Of a stretch of DNA of 64,000 bases, positions 29,599 through 43,280 are shown piece after piece. The position numbers and the translations under genes are program-made. Under the pieces are notes generated by a model. It was given only the letters and a program-made list of their open reading frames with translations, was not told the origin of the DNA and did no database searches. The stretch is from the NCBI GenBank assembly GCA_951406725.2, contig OX597822.1, positions 22,568,001 to 22,632,000 on the forward strand. Direction: 5' to 3'. Within the stretch, counting starts at the first letter, position 1. Each line of letters begins with the position of its first letter. The stretch is from Octopus vulgaris (Eukaryota).

Positions 29599-29637
<39 letters not shown>

Positions 29638-30879
29638 CACATTTATCTTCATTCGATGTTTGTTTTATCACTCAAAATAGAAAAACGAATAAAAATAGGA
29701 AAATAAAAAGTTATAGAAATGATAAATATATAAACAAACAAAAATAACCAAGGCTTCAACATTTATACATTTAAATTGTGAAATTTCATGATGGACTGTT
29801 ACACACACACACACACCTATATACACACCTATACACCTATATACGCATATACCTACATACACACACACATCCTCACACAGGTGTTACTGGAAACAATAGT
29901 GTTCAACTTGATGGTTGTTGAAATATGTATATTAAAAGATTTATATGTAGGGAGGTGGAAGTGTTGTTGGTCATCCAGTATTTTATCAAGGTGACACACA
30001 TACACACACTGATGCTAAATCACCGAAATATTTAAAATGATAGAAGACACTGTTTTTATTATTTACTCAAGAAAAATGTGTCTATTAGATAAAAATTAAT
30101 GGGAGTATTTGAGTAGGCTTTAATATATTTTCAATACATTTACTTAAGTCGAGATGTTGAACTTTGTCTAACCCTTTAGATTTTTAAAACCAGCCATATC
30201 CAGTCAACATATTTTACCTGTTTCACGTTCACATCAATCAGATCTGGACTCTCACACCTCTTCAATGTTATTCTAAAGTGTTAAATGAAGAAACAGTGAT
30301 GAGTGAAAATTCTGTAAATAATAATTATAAGTTTTAAGTATTTGTGTTCATTGTGTATTAGCTATAGAAAATAGTTTGATATTGGGACATATAAGACCTC
30401 GTTGGAAAATAATGGCTATTCACACACATACTAATACCCATTTTTTTCTATCAAGAGTTTATATGCCCCAATATTAGACTATTCCCAATAGCTGATACAT
30501 GGTGAACGCTTATAAGCATAAAGCTTATAATGCTATTTACGGTCATTCTAAAGATAAACAATCACATCATCAACATCTGAAACTATGACATAATGCCAGA
30601 TTAATTCAAGGCAATATAAATAAATAAGCATTACATTTGACAGAGTAATCTGAATGCTAAAGGGTTATTGATATCTGTGTTAGGTACAAGGGCACATACT
30701 TTAGAAAGAAGAAAACAGCTGATAAAGCCCCTATAGCATCCCATATATGAGTGGTACTTATTTTGTTGACTCTGGAAAGAATGATTAGCGAAGTTGGCTT
30801 TGGTGAGATTCAGAACCAGAATGTAATGAGTGACAATCATAAGGTAATTCGTACAAGAAGTGAGCTTCTACTTCATGTT

Positions 30880-31281
30880 GAAAGGTCATAGCTATGGTAC
30901 TGTGAATATATAAGAATGTTAGAAGAAAGAATTGCAAGACAGATTCTTCAAACCAAGTCAACCAACACGACACTTGCAGACGGTTGGATAATATCTATAT
31001 GAGGGAGTGCAGAAAATTTTCTGGCTTTGGGTAAAAAAAAAAAAAATACAAGAGGATCAGTTAATTATGATTTTATTCAACATATTCCCCTCTCAGATTC
31101 ACACATTTAGTGTAGCAGTCCTTCAGTTTTTCTAAGCCAAAAGGTTGGGCCCTTTTCATGATACCCTTAAAGCCAGGAACTTTCCAGAACCCCCTCGTAG
31201 TCTCAGTTAGTCACACTTGAGAACCCAGCTGGAAAGTGTAATGACTGTTGCTTCTGAAAGACCCCTGTGGAGGAGATGTCT
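30880..31281 (+). repeat. Left arm of ~400-bp inverted duplication (includes mariner MITE 30997-31199 and its flanks)
   Basis: Reverse complement of 34110-34518. Confidence 0.9.
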
Positions 31282-31963
31282 GAGAACAGGAATGGTGGAC
31301 AGAAAAGATGGATGGATCTGAGGAGTAGAAATGGTAAAGTGATTGACTAAATACTTGGCTTTACTGTATTGTAACCTTATGATCTGAGTTCAGATCCCAC
31401 CAGGGTTAGCCTTTGTTTGTGCTCATCCAAGATTAACATAATAAAAACCAGTCGACTACAGAGTATTTTATAAATTCACTACCCTTTCTCCTACCAAAAA
31501 GTGCCTATTTTCATCCTTATGTTTTAAATCAATATTACGTAAAGAATCTTAGGCCAAGCAGTACCTCATATATGGTTATGGAAAATGCAAACTCTCTAAG
31601 TTTATTCCACCACCACACATACTTCCCTGTGAGCATACTGTGTTTTACAGAATGATGAATTGGTTTCCTGATGTAGATGTATCTTTAATTTCTATTAAAA
31701 CATAATGCTCCACCCAACTAAAATCTCATTAAGAAATATATGAAAGTTTAGTATGTAGATGCATGTGTGTGTGTGTGTTTAGTATGTGTGTGTAAATATG
31801 TATGTGCGTGTATGATGTGTGCTTATAGGGTGAGAGAGAAAGAGAGAAGCTGTCAAATTTTCAATAAAATTTTCCTCAAAGATAAATTGAAACACAGTGT
31901 GTGTGTGTAAAATGGAAAATGAATGTAAAATTATTATACATATTTCATCTTACACTTTTACAT

Positions 31964-32018
<55 letters not shown>

Positions 32019-32632
32019 CACACACACACATATACAAAAGCATATATGGAAAATGGACATAAAATAATATATATTTCGTCATCTTACGACTGTTTTCCAT
32101 GCATACATACACACACACATTTTATGCAATTTAGGCACTCCCACATGTATACAGAGAGGTGAATGCAGACTTATAGACAGAGCCACAGCTACATGCAAGT
32201 ACATACACAAAGTTACACACAAGTTATATGGTAAATTAGCACACATCTATTAATTGACAATACTTGTCATGAACAGCTTCACATGTCTATAATAATCTAA
32301 CATGTCTGAACTTCTGCAGCAAAAACTTGAGAAGTTTATATTATAGAGAACTTGGGTGTCAAAGAAGCCAAGTTTCCTCATCCTCACCTCTCCCTGCTTC
32401 TGTCATCATTAAGTGTCATCAGAAGAAAGCAGTGTCAGAGTGTGATTCTAATACAATTCTATGCTGCTGCACAAACCAACAACAAGAGTGATGAGCACTT
32501 TGTGATCACTCAGCCTGCTAGAAATAACAACCAAATCCCTTTTAAATCAAAACTTATTGTCTAGAGAGTGAAAAATCGATGTATTAGCTTATTCAGTCTT
32601 AGATGTATTGCATCTGAAATTTAAAACATGTG

Positions 32633-32800
32633 AAGGCATGACTGTGTGGTAAGAAGCTTACTTCCAAAACACATGGTTCTGAGTTCAGTTCCATTGTGTG
32701 GAACTTTGGGCACGTATTTTCTGCTATAGTCACAGGCTAACCAAAGCCTTGTGAGTGAATTTTGGTAGACTGAAAGAAGCCCATCATGTGTGTGTGCGTG

Positions 32801-32832
<32 letters not shown>

Positions 32833-33050
32833 AGTGAGTGTGTGTGTGTGTGTCTCACAACTATTTGACAACTGGTGGTGCTATGTTAATGTCCTTGTAA
32901 CTTAGTAATTCATCAAAAGAGATTGATAGAATAAGTGCCAGGCTCTTAAAAAGAAAAAAGAGTAGTGAGATTGATTCATTCGACAAAAAAATTCTTCAAG
33001 GTTGTGCACCAGCATGGTCGCAGTCTCACAACTAAAACAAGTAAAAGAAA
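32633..33050 (+). mobile_element. Diverged CORE-type SINE
   Basis: Same family motifs as 22910-23330. Confidence 0.75.
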
Positions 33051-33709
33051 AAAACGATCATAGTAGGAGCAGTTCGAAACATTGGACTTCTAGATCAGTA
33101 CAGACCTTGGGTTAAACAAGAAAATCATACCACACATATCTGCACAAGAAAAATGGATGCAATATAACATTAAAATGTTAAATCGATCAATTTATATCGA
33201 GATATTCAAATTTACTGGAGTGTGATTGGAAATTTATTAAATTTGTAAAGCAACAAACACAAATGATATTTAAAGATACATCATACACACATACGCACAC
33301 ACTATTACAATTATATAGAATATATTTAGTGTGTATGTATATAAATGTATGATGTACATAGATATCTGCCTGTGTACATTCAGAAATGAGCATACATACA
33401 TTTATCATATATTTCCCTCAAAAAATAAATAAAATAAAATAAAATAAAAAAATATAAAAAAAGGAAGACATACATGTATAATAAAGCAATATAGTTGCCA
33501 TGCTGTGTATATATGTGTAAAGGTGCACACATTGCATGTGGCATTGTGCACCTGTATAAGTGTGTACATTTGTGTCCATATGCTGATGCATATCTACATG
33601 TATGTGCATCCATCTATATACATACATATATTCACATGTGAAACTGATGAGAACTTTTAACCTGAAGTTCAACTCCTACATGGTAACACTCCCCATTATA
33701 CATACAAAA

Positions 33710-33741
<32 letters not shown>

Positions 33742-34109
33742 GTGGGGCAGGAGAGAGATACATTAACAGATGGATGTCAAAGATATCAAATGCAATTATA
33801 CTGTCTCTGTCTTCTATCCTGCAGTTTTTGCAATCAGAAGAATCATACTGAAATAAATGAGGAATTGGGAAAGTCATTAAGGTGAGGAATAGAGTGCCTT
33901 GCAGTTTTTGTTGTGACTCAGCATTTTGAGATCAAACCCTGCTGAGATCAACTTTGCCTTTCATCTTTTTGAGTACAATGCCATATTTTCTATCGTGCAA
34001 GTCAAATTTTTCAGATTAAAAGTTACAGCTGAAAATGTTTGGATTGACTTATACACCAAAATGATTTTAGAAGACAAGAATTCCATGTGAAATGCTACAG
34101 GATTTGGAA

Positions 34110-34518
34110 AGACATCTCCTTCATAGGGGCCTTTCAGAAGCAACAGTCATTACACTTTCCAGCTGGGTTCTCAAGTGAGATTAATTGAGACTATGAGGGG
34201 ATGCTGGAAACCTCATGGCTTTAAGGGTATCACGAAAGGCCTGGTTAGGGGCCCAACCTTTTGGCTTAGAAAAACTGAAGGACTGCTACACTAAATGTGT
34301 GAATTTGAGAGGGGAATATGTTGAATAAAATCATAATTAACTGATCCTCTTGTATTTTTTTTTTTACCCAAAGCCAGGAAATTTTCTGCACTCCCTCATA
34401 TAGATATTATCCAACCATCTCCAAGTGTCATGTTGGTTGACTTGGTTTGAAGAATCCGTCATGCAATTCTTTCTTCTAACATTCTTATATGTTCATAGTA
34501 CCATAGCTATGACCTTTA
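34110..34518 (-). repeat. Right arm of inverted duplication
   Basis: Reverse complement of 30880-31281, including non-MITE flanks. Confidence 0.9.
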
Positions 34519-34864
34519 TAAGTCTGGAAATCCTCCTCCTCATCATCATCTGTTAACATCCATTTTCCAAGCTGGCATGAGTCGAACTGTTTGACCAGAG
34601 CTGGTAAGCCAGAGAGATGAACTAGGTTCCAGCCTGATTTGGCTTGGTTTCTACAGCTGGATGCTCTTCCTAATGCTAACCATTATACAATGATGTGTCA
34701 AAAAGGAAGTACCACTCCAGAGGGGCAAATTGATAGAAAGGATAGTATGTTAGATGAGATACCTTATGGCAACCGCTCTGAAAATTTGCATTCCAACAGC
34801 AATACCTGTGACAACCCTTGTGCCAAGGTGTATTGGCCTTCAAATGGCAGTGCTTCTATCAAAC

Positions 34865-35480
34865 CAGTGGTCTTCAACCATTTTTGTATCACAGACCAGT
34901 TACACACAAGACATTGTTTCTCAGATTGGTGGAGTCATACACACCACAAAACATAAGTGCATAATATATAATTTGCTTTAATATATTATTTGTTTTTGTA
35001 TCTAGTTTGCAAGATTCTTTATGTGAATTCGTGTGTTGAAGCAAATTTTGTTGTGTCTGGGGAGAGTCATGTTGTCTTAATGCCTCAATATCCAACATAC
35101 TCACCGGTTTGATTTCCACTCATTTATTATTTACATTTTTTTGCTTCCAAAATTTTCATTACTTTTACAAAATTTGCAAAAAAGCAATGAAAATTTCGGA
35201 AGAAAAAATTATAAATAATAAATGGATGGAAATCAAACCAGTGTGTGTGTTAGATAATAAGGCATTAAGACAATATGACTCTCTCCAGACACAATATAAT
35301 TTAATTATTACATAAATAATGCACATATATTATATAAATAATACATATATAATGCAAAAACACTCTGCAGATGGCAAGAGCCAATGAAATATAATCTTAA
35401 AAATTTATTCTTTCTGTGCAGCCCAGTCCAAATGATTTATAGTTTGGTACTGGTTCACAGCCCTGTGGTTGGGACCCCTG
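34865..35480. mobile_element. hAT/Charlie-like MITE containing a ~245-bp internal palindrome
   Basis: TIRs cagtggtcttcaacc / ggttgggacccctg; degenerate 8-bp flanks tatcaaac / tgttagac; internal inverted arms ~35051-35167 and 35179-35294. Confidence 0.6.
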
Positions 35481-36220
35481 TGTTAGACAACATCAGTGAC
35501 AAAGAGAAGGGGTACTTATCTGTATGGGCAACTGCCAGCTTTGAATAAAGAGGAACTTTGCCTAGGTCATCAGATATATGAGGGGTATTGAAAAGTTTCT
35601 GGCTTTGGGTAAAAGAAAACACATGAGGATCTGTTAATTATGATTTTATTCAACATATTCCACTTATTGCAGTGGTCCTTCAGTCTTTCTAAGACCTGGA
35701 AAGGAACTCAGAAGTTTGGACCTCGAGCCAGGCCTTTAGTAATACTCTTAAAGCCAGAAACTTTTCAGCATTCCCTTGTAGATGCAAACACAGAGTCACC
35801 TCTGACTGGTGACTCTAGAAGTACTGGAGAATGGACATTGACTGGAAGAGACTTAATTATAGTGGTAGTGCTGTGTGTTGAGTGAAAATATACTAAACAA
35901 TGAGCTTCACCAATGAAAGTTGTGTGTTGCCTTACATATGTCGGTGTATTGTTAGAGGAGAAATATTATCATTTGGATGATGATGAGCAGAGACGGGCAG
36001 AGGTGTGAGAATAGGAGAATAGGAGAATAGTAAGTTAGAATTTAGATATGTAGTAATCTATTATTACATGCTTTTCTTACAGAAAATATGTAGACACATG
36101 TTTATATGCCTGATACATGTTAAATACACATATAGAATATGTATAAATACATGTGTGTGTGCAAATACAATCAACATATATGAATTCTGTAGTTGATGTT
36201 ACAGTTTTCTTTCATAGTCC

Positions 36221-36266
<46 letters not shown>

Positions 36267-36282
36267 CTGTGTATACATAATA

Positions 36283-36508
36283 CCTATTTCTTTATTACCC
36301 ACAAGGGGCTAAACACAGAGGGGACAAACAAGGACAGACATAGGTATTAAGTCGATTACATCGACCCCAGTGCGTAACTGGTGCTTAATTTATCGACCCC
36401 GAAAGGATGAAAGGCAAAGTCGACCTCGGCGGAATTTGAACTCAGAACGTAACGGCAGACGAAATACCGTTAAGCATTTCGCCCGGCGTGCTAACGTTTC
36501 TGCCAGCT
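36283..36508 (-). mobile_element. Young tRNA-derived SINE with Meta/MESC-like core
   Basis: Minus strand: agctggcagaaacgttagc...gagttcaaattccgcc...gcctttcatcctttcggggtcgataaattaagcaccagtt; older copies at ~10545-10660, 20990-21200, 44860-45070, 45245-45440, 63720-63915. Confidence 0.8.
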
Positions 36509-38269
36509 ATACATAATACCATATCATTATAATGTGTGAACTAAGATCTCAATTGGCATGTGTAGTCTTACTCTAAGTCTTCTAATTAGGATTATAAAAC
36601 TTGAAATGTTTCTTCAGTGTAGTGGTTATCACCTATACAGTTTACAATGGACACAACATTAGAATCTCTCACACAATGTTAACTTTTTTCCACTTTTCTT
36701 GTGACATATTACACACACATATACATACGCCATTGTGTGTAACAATTAGATTCGTATGTTATATCTGCTTCATATTTATTTCTTGAGTTTTACTTAAACA
36801 TGTGTGCGTACATGTGCATATGAGGATGTAATTCAATTAATTTTGAAAATAATGAATTTGAAGAAAATAATCTGGAAAACCATTTTTTGTGTTGATTTTT
36901 TCTTTTTTCTTTTCATAATTCATTTGATGGCAGAATCATTATTAGAGTAGCAGACAAAATACCCTGCAGTGTTTCTTGACTCTTTACCCTCTGTGTTCAA
37001 AAGAGGCCAAGGTCAACTTTGCCTTTAATCCATGCAACAATAAATGCCAGTCAAGTATTAGTGTCAATAATATCAACAAATTCCTCCTCTTTGAAATAGC
37101 TGGCATTTTGCCTAAATTAAAAACAGTTATTAACATGGTACTTGAAATAGAACTGAACAAAAATGTTTAAAGCTGCCTCCCTCTCTACAATAGTTCCACT
37201 CACCAAAAAGAAAATCACCATCTTGCAGGCTGCATGATCTCACTAGTACAGGTGTCACTTAAAAGCATACCAAGTGCACACTATAAACTGGGTTGATGTT
37301 AAGAAGGGCATCCAGCTGTAGAAGCCAAACCAAAGCGAATATTGGAGAATCCTTTGGCCTATCCAATCCTGTCAAACAATCTGATCCATACCAGCTTCGA
37401 AGATGGACATTGAGGGATGATGACAATGATGATGACTTTAAAATGAGTAGGCTTGTATGACAGAATCAGAAGCAGTCATGGGCAGAATGGCATTGAAAGG
37501 GTCAAAGTGGTTTACTGTTTCAACCTATTGTCTGTGGTTTTACGGGGAATGGGATGAGTGAGAATTTGACATGAGAAATGTATACAAAGAACCATACAAA
37601 GAAATTAATGTTTATTTTTGTATGTTTGTTTTCGTATGTCTGGGAGCTGACAGCAATGCTGCCAAACTTAAGAATCTGATCAATTGTCAAAGTTCAAACA
37701 AAAGTAATGTTATAACAAAAAAAAAAAAAAACTTACTGAAAAGTTTAATCATCAACATCACAGTGATTATTATCATGGATTTTGAAAGACAACATCAGTT
37801 TTTCATAGGTGCACCTGCTGAGAGTCAACATTTGGCTACAGATGTCAACAATCAACTAGACTTCTACCAATATTACTTACTCATCTTCTCCCTAATAGTG
37901 GATTTTAGTTTATATGGATATACTTAGTATCAGAATGAGAATCTTTCAGTAGGTTGATGTACTGGCAGGACAAGCATCTTCTCTACAGACAAAGATAACA
38001 ACTAGTACTTATCTGTTCACACTGCAGTAGACATCGCTAAGAGAAATAACCTGGCAATGTGACCTGTCTGCTGTTGTGTCCTGGAGGTTTATCAAGACTG
38101 GCAGTGATTATATTTAGTTGATATAATGAAAATATTGTTAGAAGCTGGACAGATGTGCTGTTCAATATATTTAAAATGTTCTTGAAAAGACAGATTCTGT
38201 CATTTACCATTTTCAATGCTATTTTTGCTAAATTTTTATCTTTTTAAGGTATTGCTAATTATTTACCAA

Positions 38270-38632
38270 TATCATTGTGATCGTTGCCAGAGCAGCCAAC
38301 TGGCTTCCGTACCCATAGCAAGTAAAAGAGCACCATTTGAGTGTGATCATTACCAACATCGCTTCACTTGCACCTGTGCCAGTGGCACGTGTAAAATGAT
38401 TTGAGCGAGGTCATTGCCAGTACCGCCTGACTGGCCCCCGTGAAGGTGGCACGTAAAAAGCACCCACTACACTCTCGGAGTGGCTGGCGTTAGGAAGGGC
38501 ATCCAGCTGTAGAAACTCTGCCAGATCAAGACTGGAGCCTGGTGCAGCCATCTGGTTGCCAGCCCTCAGTCAAAAGCGTCCAACCCATGCTAGCATGGAA
38601 AACGGACGTTAAATGATGATGATGATGATGAT
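38270..38632 (+). mobile_element. RTE 3' UTR with internal subrepeats and (GAT)n tail
   Basis: Homologous to 53240-53792. Confidence 0.8.
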
Positions 38633-39267
38633 ATTTGTAATAGATAGATGTGCATCTCAAATAATATCATTATCATAATTTTAACATCTGCATGGGTCAG
38701 ATAGGATTCATTGATTCAAATTTCAAAAGTTGGATGCTCTTCCTGACACCAACTTTCACCTGTTTCTAAGCAATGTAATATTTTTACCTTTATCTAGATA
38801 TGTTCTTACAGCAGATTGCAAACGAAAACCACTGCTTGTATGGTGGGAATGTCCATTCCTTTATTTTTTCATTTCCTTCAGTTATTTAACTGCCGCCAGG
38901 CTGCGGCATCACCATTTCTTGAACAAATTTACCCAGGGCTTATTCTTTGTAAGACTAGTACTTATTCTATCGGTCAATTTTCATGAGCCACTAAGTTACA
39001 GCAACCTAAATACATCAACATGAAGGGGAACAAACACAGATAAATATACAACACACACACGCATATATACAGACATATACATATATATACATACATATAT
39101 ATCTATACATACATATATATAAACATATATATAAATATACATATAAATATATATATATATAAATATACATATATATAAATATACATATAAATATATACAT
39201 ATAAATATATATATATGTATATATAAATATACATAAAAATGTATATATGTGTATATATAAATATACG

Positions 39268-39296
<29 letters not shown>

Positions 39297-39299
<3 letters not shown>

Positions 39300-39920
39300 A
39301 GAAATATTGAATTTCTAAATCTCTCGTAGAGACATGTACGGTGGTGGGGCGATAGAATGGTTGTATACTGTCAATCTAACAAGAACGTGACAGTAGGGGG
39401 TACACCACCGCTGTATAGCCCTAGGAAGCATCAAACGCCTCCTGATAGCTTTGACACATTTTTTTCCCTGTGTCCTTATATACATATACGAAGGGGAGAC
39501 AAACACCCCCGGCTGCCGGAACTGCATCTAGGGACACCGTGTTTCAGGATCGTTGTCCTTCATCGGCCTAGAGTAGCAGACACCGGTCAGCTGGTGATAT
39601 TTGCCTCGACTTCGTAATTGTATATATCTATATTCAGTGAAGTTTATTCACTGATTATCAAAATAAGAAATATTGAATTTCTAAATCTCTCGTAGTGACA
39701 TGTACGGTGGTGGGGCGATAGAATGGTTGTATACTGTGAATCTAACAAGAGCGTGACAGTAGGGGGTACACCACCGCTGTATAGCCCTAGGTGTTTGTCT
39801 CCCCTTCGTATATGTATATAAGGACACAGGGGAAAATGTGTCAAAGCTATCAGGAGGCGTTCGATGCTTCCTAGGGCTATACAGCGGTGGTGTACCCCCT
39901 ACTGTCACGTTCTTGTTAGA
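39297..39920 (-). mobile_element. Penelope pLTR / non-LTR retrozyme-like element: 366-bp unit, partial tandem copy and inverted partial copy
   Basis: 39297-39425 repeats at 39663-39791 (period 366); 39790-39920 is the reverse complement of 39375-39507; abuts (TA)n; contains a hammerhead. Confidence 0.8.
39527..39572 (-). ncRNA. Type I hammerhead ribozyme, U4C core variant
   Basis: UCUAGG-CCGAUGA-AGGA caacga UCCU-GAAA-CAC G GUG-UC-CCUAGA: perfect 6-bp stem I, 4-bp stem II, GUC cleavage triplet. Confidence 0.8.
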
Positions 39921-40697
39921 AGGTGTCTGCCAGATGGATTCCCAGGCTGCTCACACCTTTCCAGAAGCAAGAACGCGTCGAGTGCTCGAGGATGAATTTG
40001 GAGATGTGCCAAGAAGATGAGTCAAACTTTTTCAAAAGACTGATTACACAGGATGAAACCTGGGTCCATCACTATGATCCAGAGACCAAAGCCCAGTCAA
40101 TCCAGTGGAAGCACCATGACTCACCTCCTCCAATGAAGGCAAGTGTGCAGCCCTCCACTGGCAAGATCATGCTCACAATCTTCTGGGACCAGGACGGAGT
40201 AATGATGACAGATTTCCTGGCAAAGGGTACCACAATTACAGGAGCCTATTATGCTTCACTTTTGAGGAAATTAAGAGAAGCTATCAAAATCAAGAGGCGG
40301 GGCAAGATCAGCAAAGGCATCCTCCTCCTGCAGGACAACGCTCCGGTCCACAACTCGCGTGTCGCCAGATCAGAAGCACAGGTGTGCGGCTATGAACTCC
40401 TCCCCTATCCCCCTACTCTCCTGACCTGATGTTCATCTCTTCCCAGCCATGAAGTTGTTTTGAAAAGGAAAGCGTTTCCCAGATGATGCAGCCTTGATTT
40501 CTGAAGTTACGTCATGGTTGGAGGACCAAGCTGGGGTCTTCTACAAAAACGGTCTCCAGAGCTGCATCAAACGATGGGAGAAAGGTGTAACTCTGGGTGA
40601 TTTCTATGTAGAAAAAGACTAATAACTGCGCCAAGTTTCGTTGTTCTACTGCTATGGGAAGTGGGTTAGGGGCATTACTTATTGAACGCCCCTTGTA
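39921..40697 (+). pseudogene. Mariner (DD34D) transposase remnant, 5' end lost, with 3' TIR
   Basis: KVSARWIPRLLT, LITQDETWVHHY, LLQDNAPVH, frameshifted YSPDL region; ends cattacttattgaacgccccttgTA. Confidence 0.9.
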
Positions 40698-42049
40698 TAC
40701 ACACATACATATACACATGGAGACACATTATATATACATCTACACACACATTATTTATACATATTATATATAGATATATATATTATATATAAAAGCATGC
40801 ACAAATACACACACATGTACACACACAGTGTGTGTGCATGTGAGTGTACACACTGTAGTTGAGAGATTTGCTTCACACCCACATAGTTTTGGGTTCAGTC
40901 CCACAGTATGGCACCTAGGTTAAGTGTCGTTCACTTAGCCTAAGGACTTGTGAATGGATTTGGTTGATAGAAACTGTGTGTGCATTAATGCTTCTTTGTC
41001 TTGACTATCATACAAGGTCTTCTGTTAACTCAAGGTAAGTCTTGTACAAAAAAAAGTTGTGCTTTTGTTTTACTGCTTTGGCCTGTGGAAGGAGCTGTGA
41101 CCACGTCTATTGCAAGAACATGAGAATATTGGACATATGTGGTCTAGGTCTACAATCTATAAGATACTTTTAACCATAGGGTACTCTTAAATGGTAAAAC
41201 CTGTAATTGAATTTGGCTTAAGTAGCGGTCATATCACTTTCAATGTCTTTTCATATTCTGGTTAACCATTCAATTGACAACGCAAACAAATGCTTCCAAT
41301 TTTATGGGGCATGTTATATTGAATACAAGCACTGTCACATATAGCTATAGCACTATTCATCCATTCGCATCAAGGAATATCTATATAAGAACACCTTAAA
41401 TGTTGAAAACCTACTTTGACAAATGCATTAACAAGAATGGCCACAGCCATGATCAAGGCTACTGACAAAAATGTCAATTTAAACATTAAAAGAGACATTC
41501 TTCAGACATTCTCCACCAAACAATCTTAAACTAGAGCCTAACAGCTACCATTAGCTGTATAAGCTTTATTGGTTAATTTGAACTTGGTGTTTACAAAGTG
41601 GTGCAGCTCTGTTACATCAGCGTTCTTTTGTATTGTCTGTTATCACAATTCATCACTCTGTGATACTTCATTCATGATTAAAGCCTTTTGTCACTGGAAT
41701 ATACAATAAAATTGATTTTATTCCTTTACTAACATGATTTTGGCTTTTACTCTATAATCGATCAACTCCTCACAGGTATTTAACATTTCAAGTGAATTAT
41801 GTTTTACTTTATAGAAGTTGTTTCTCCTCTACAAAACCTATTAGAAGAAAGTTCAACGTATTCGTTCAATGTGATAGAAATAACGGCCAAATCACCCCCT
41901 AATTGCACTGCCATCTTAAAAATCGATGCTATATCTGATATAAAAGATGTGTTATTCATAAGTAGAACATCTTGGAAAACAGATGTTGTAATTCATTTAA
42001 CAGATAATCTAGAGGGAACGGAAAAATACTACTGCCAGCGACTACAGTA

Positions 42050-42625
42050 TTTGTGGGTCAGCTGAGAAGTTCATAAGCTGACCAAGAATGTGACCAGATA
42101 AGGTTTATTTTTCAACATAATTCCCTTGCAGCCTACACACTTCTTCCACCAGTGTTGCAGTGCTCGGTTCTCCCATTGGTGAAGAAGATCTCATCTTGTT
42201 GCTCCAAAAAGTCACCAACAGCAGATATGACATCATCATTGTGATGCTGGTTCCCAGCCAAGTGTTTTTTCAGGTTGGAGAACAGATAATAGTCAGATGG
42301 GACCAAATCAGGAGAATAGAGAGGCTGATCAACCAGTTCAAAGCCACAGTCAATTACAGGAGTCATTGAAACCAAGGACTTGTGTGCTCCTGGAGCATTT
42401 TCTTGATGAAACAAGACCCCTTTCATTAGCTTTCCTAGTTGTTTGGTTTTGATAACATTTTTTAACTGCCTCAGAAAGTTGGCATAGTACACTCCATTGA
42501 TGGTGAGGTTCTTTTGATGATAGTAAATAAACACAATGCCTTTTGAATCCAAAAAAAAACTGAGGACACCACACTCCCTGCTGATGAGATGACCTTGGCC
42601 TTCTTTGCAGCAGGTGAGGAGGAAA
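42050..42625 (-). pseudogene. Mariner transposase 3' remnant with TIR
   Basis: VLFHQENAP, PLYSPDLVPSDYYLF; TIR agttcataagctgaccaa shared with 49665-53164. Confidence 0.85.
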
Positions 42626-43027
42626 GTGACTGTCTTTAGTCCTTTCTGTCACATCCACCATACAGCGTCTTTCATCATAGTCACCAAACAAGGAAAACAT
42701 TCTGGCCTTCCTGACCAAAGGAAGATGGTGAGACGATCTTTGTGATGGAGTCAGTCAATAACCAGATCCATCCTACACATGACAGCAACTGATTGGCATA
42801 ACTCCACCAGTCGAAAATACCCAAGCAATGATAAAGCACATGCAGAGTGGTTTCATCACTCTGTGCACATCTCATGCATGTGCAGCTGAGAGCACTACTA
42901 TGCCTACAAAGTTTATCCAGAACCAACAATATCTCCAGTAGTGATGTCATGCCAGGAATTTCTGGAAATTATCCATGGCCCTTGGCCCAAAAATATCATT
43001 GCTTTTGCTCATTAGTAATCTTCTACA

Positions 43028-43278
43028 GAATGCCATGGTGGCACGTCGTATTTCTTTATTGTCCACAAGGGGCTTTATATAGAGGGGACAAACAAGGACA
43101 GACAAAAGGATTAAGTAGATTACATCGACCCCAGTGCATAACTGGTACTTAATTTATCGAACCCAAAAGGATGAAAGGCAAAGTCAACCTTGGCAGAATT
43201 TGAACTCAGAACATAAAGACAGACAAAATACCGCTAAGCATTTCGCCCGGTGTGCTAATGATTCTGCCAGCTCGCCAC
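43028..43278 (-). mobile_element. Meta-like SINE
   Basis: Homologous to 36283-36508. Confidence 0.8.
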
Positions 43279-43280
43279 AT

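Noticed and set aside
36440-36508. tRNA genes at SINE heads (also 22910, 55259)
   Set aside because: A and B boxes are present but no full cloverleaf, and they continue into SINE bodies.
37880-37985. Minus-strand exon with GTAAGT donor
   Set aside because: All three frames between the nearest acceptor and the donor contain stops.
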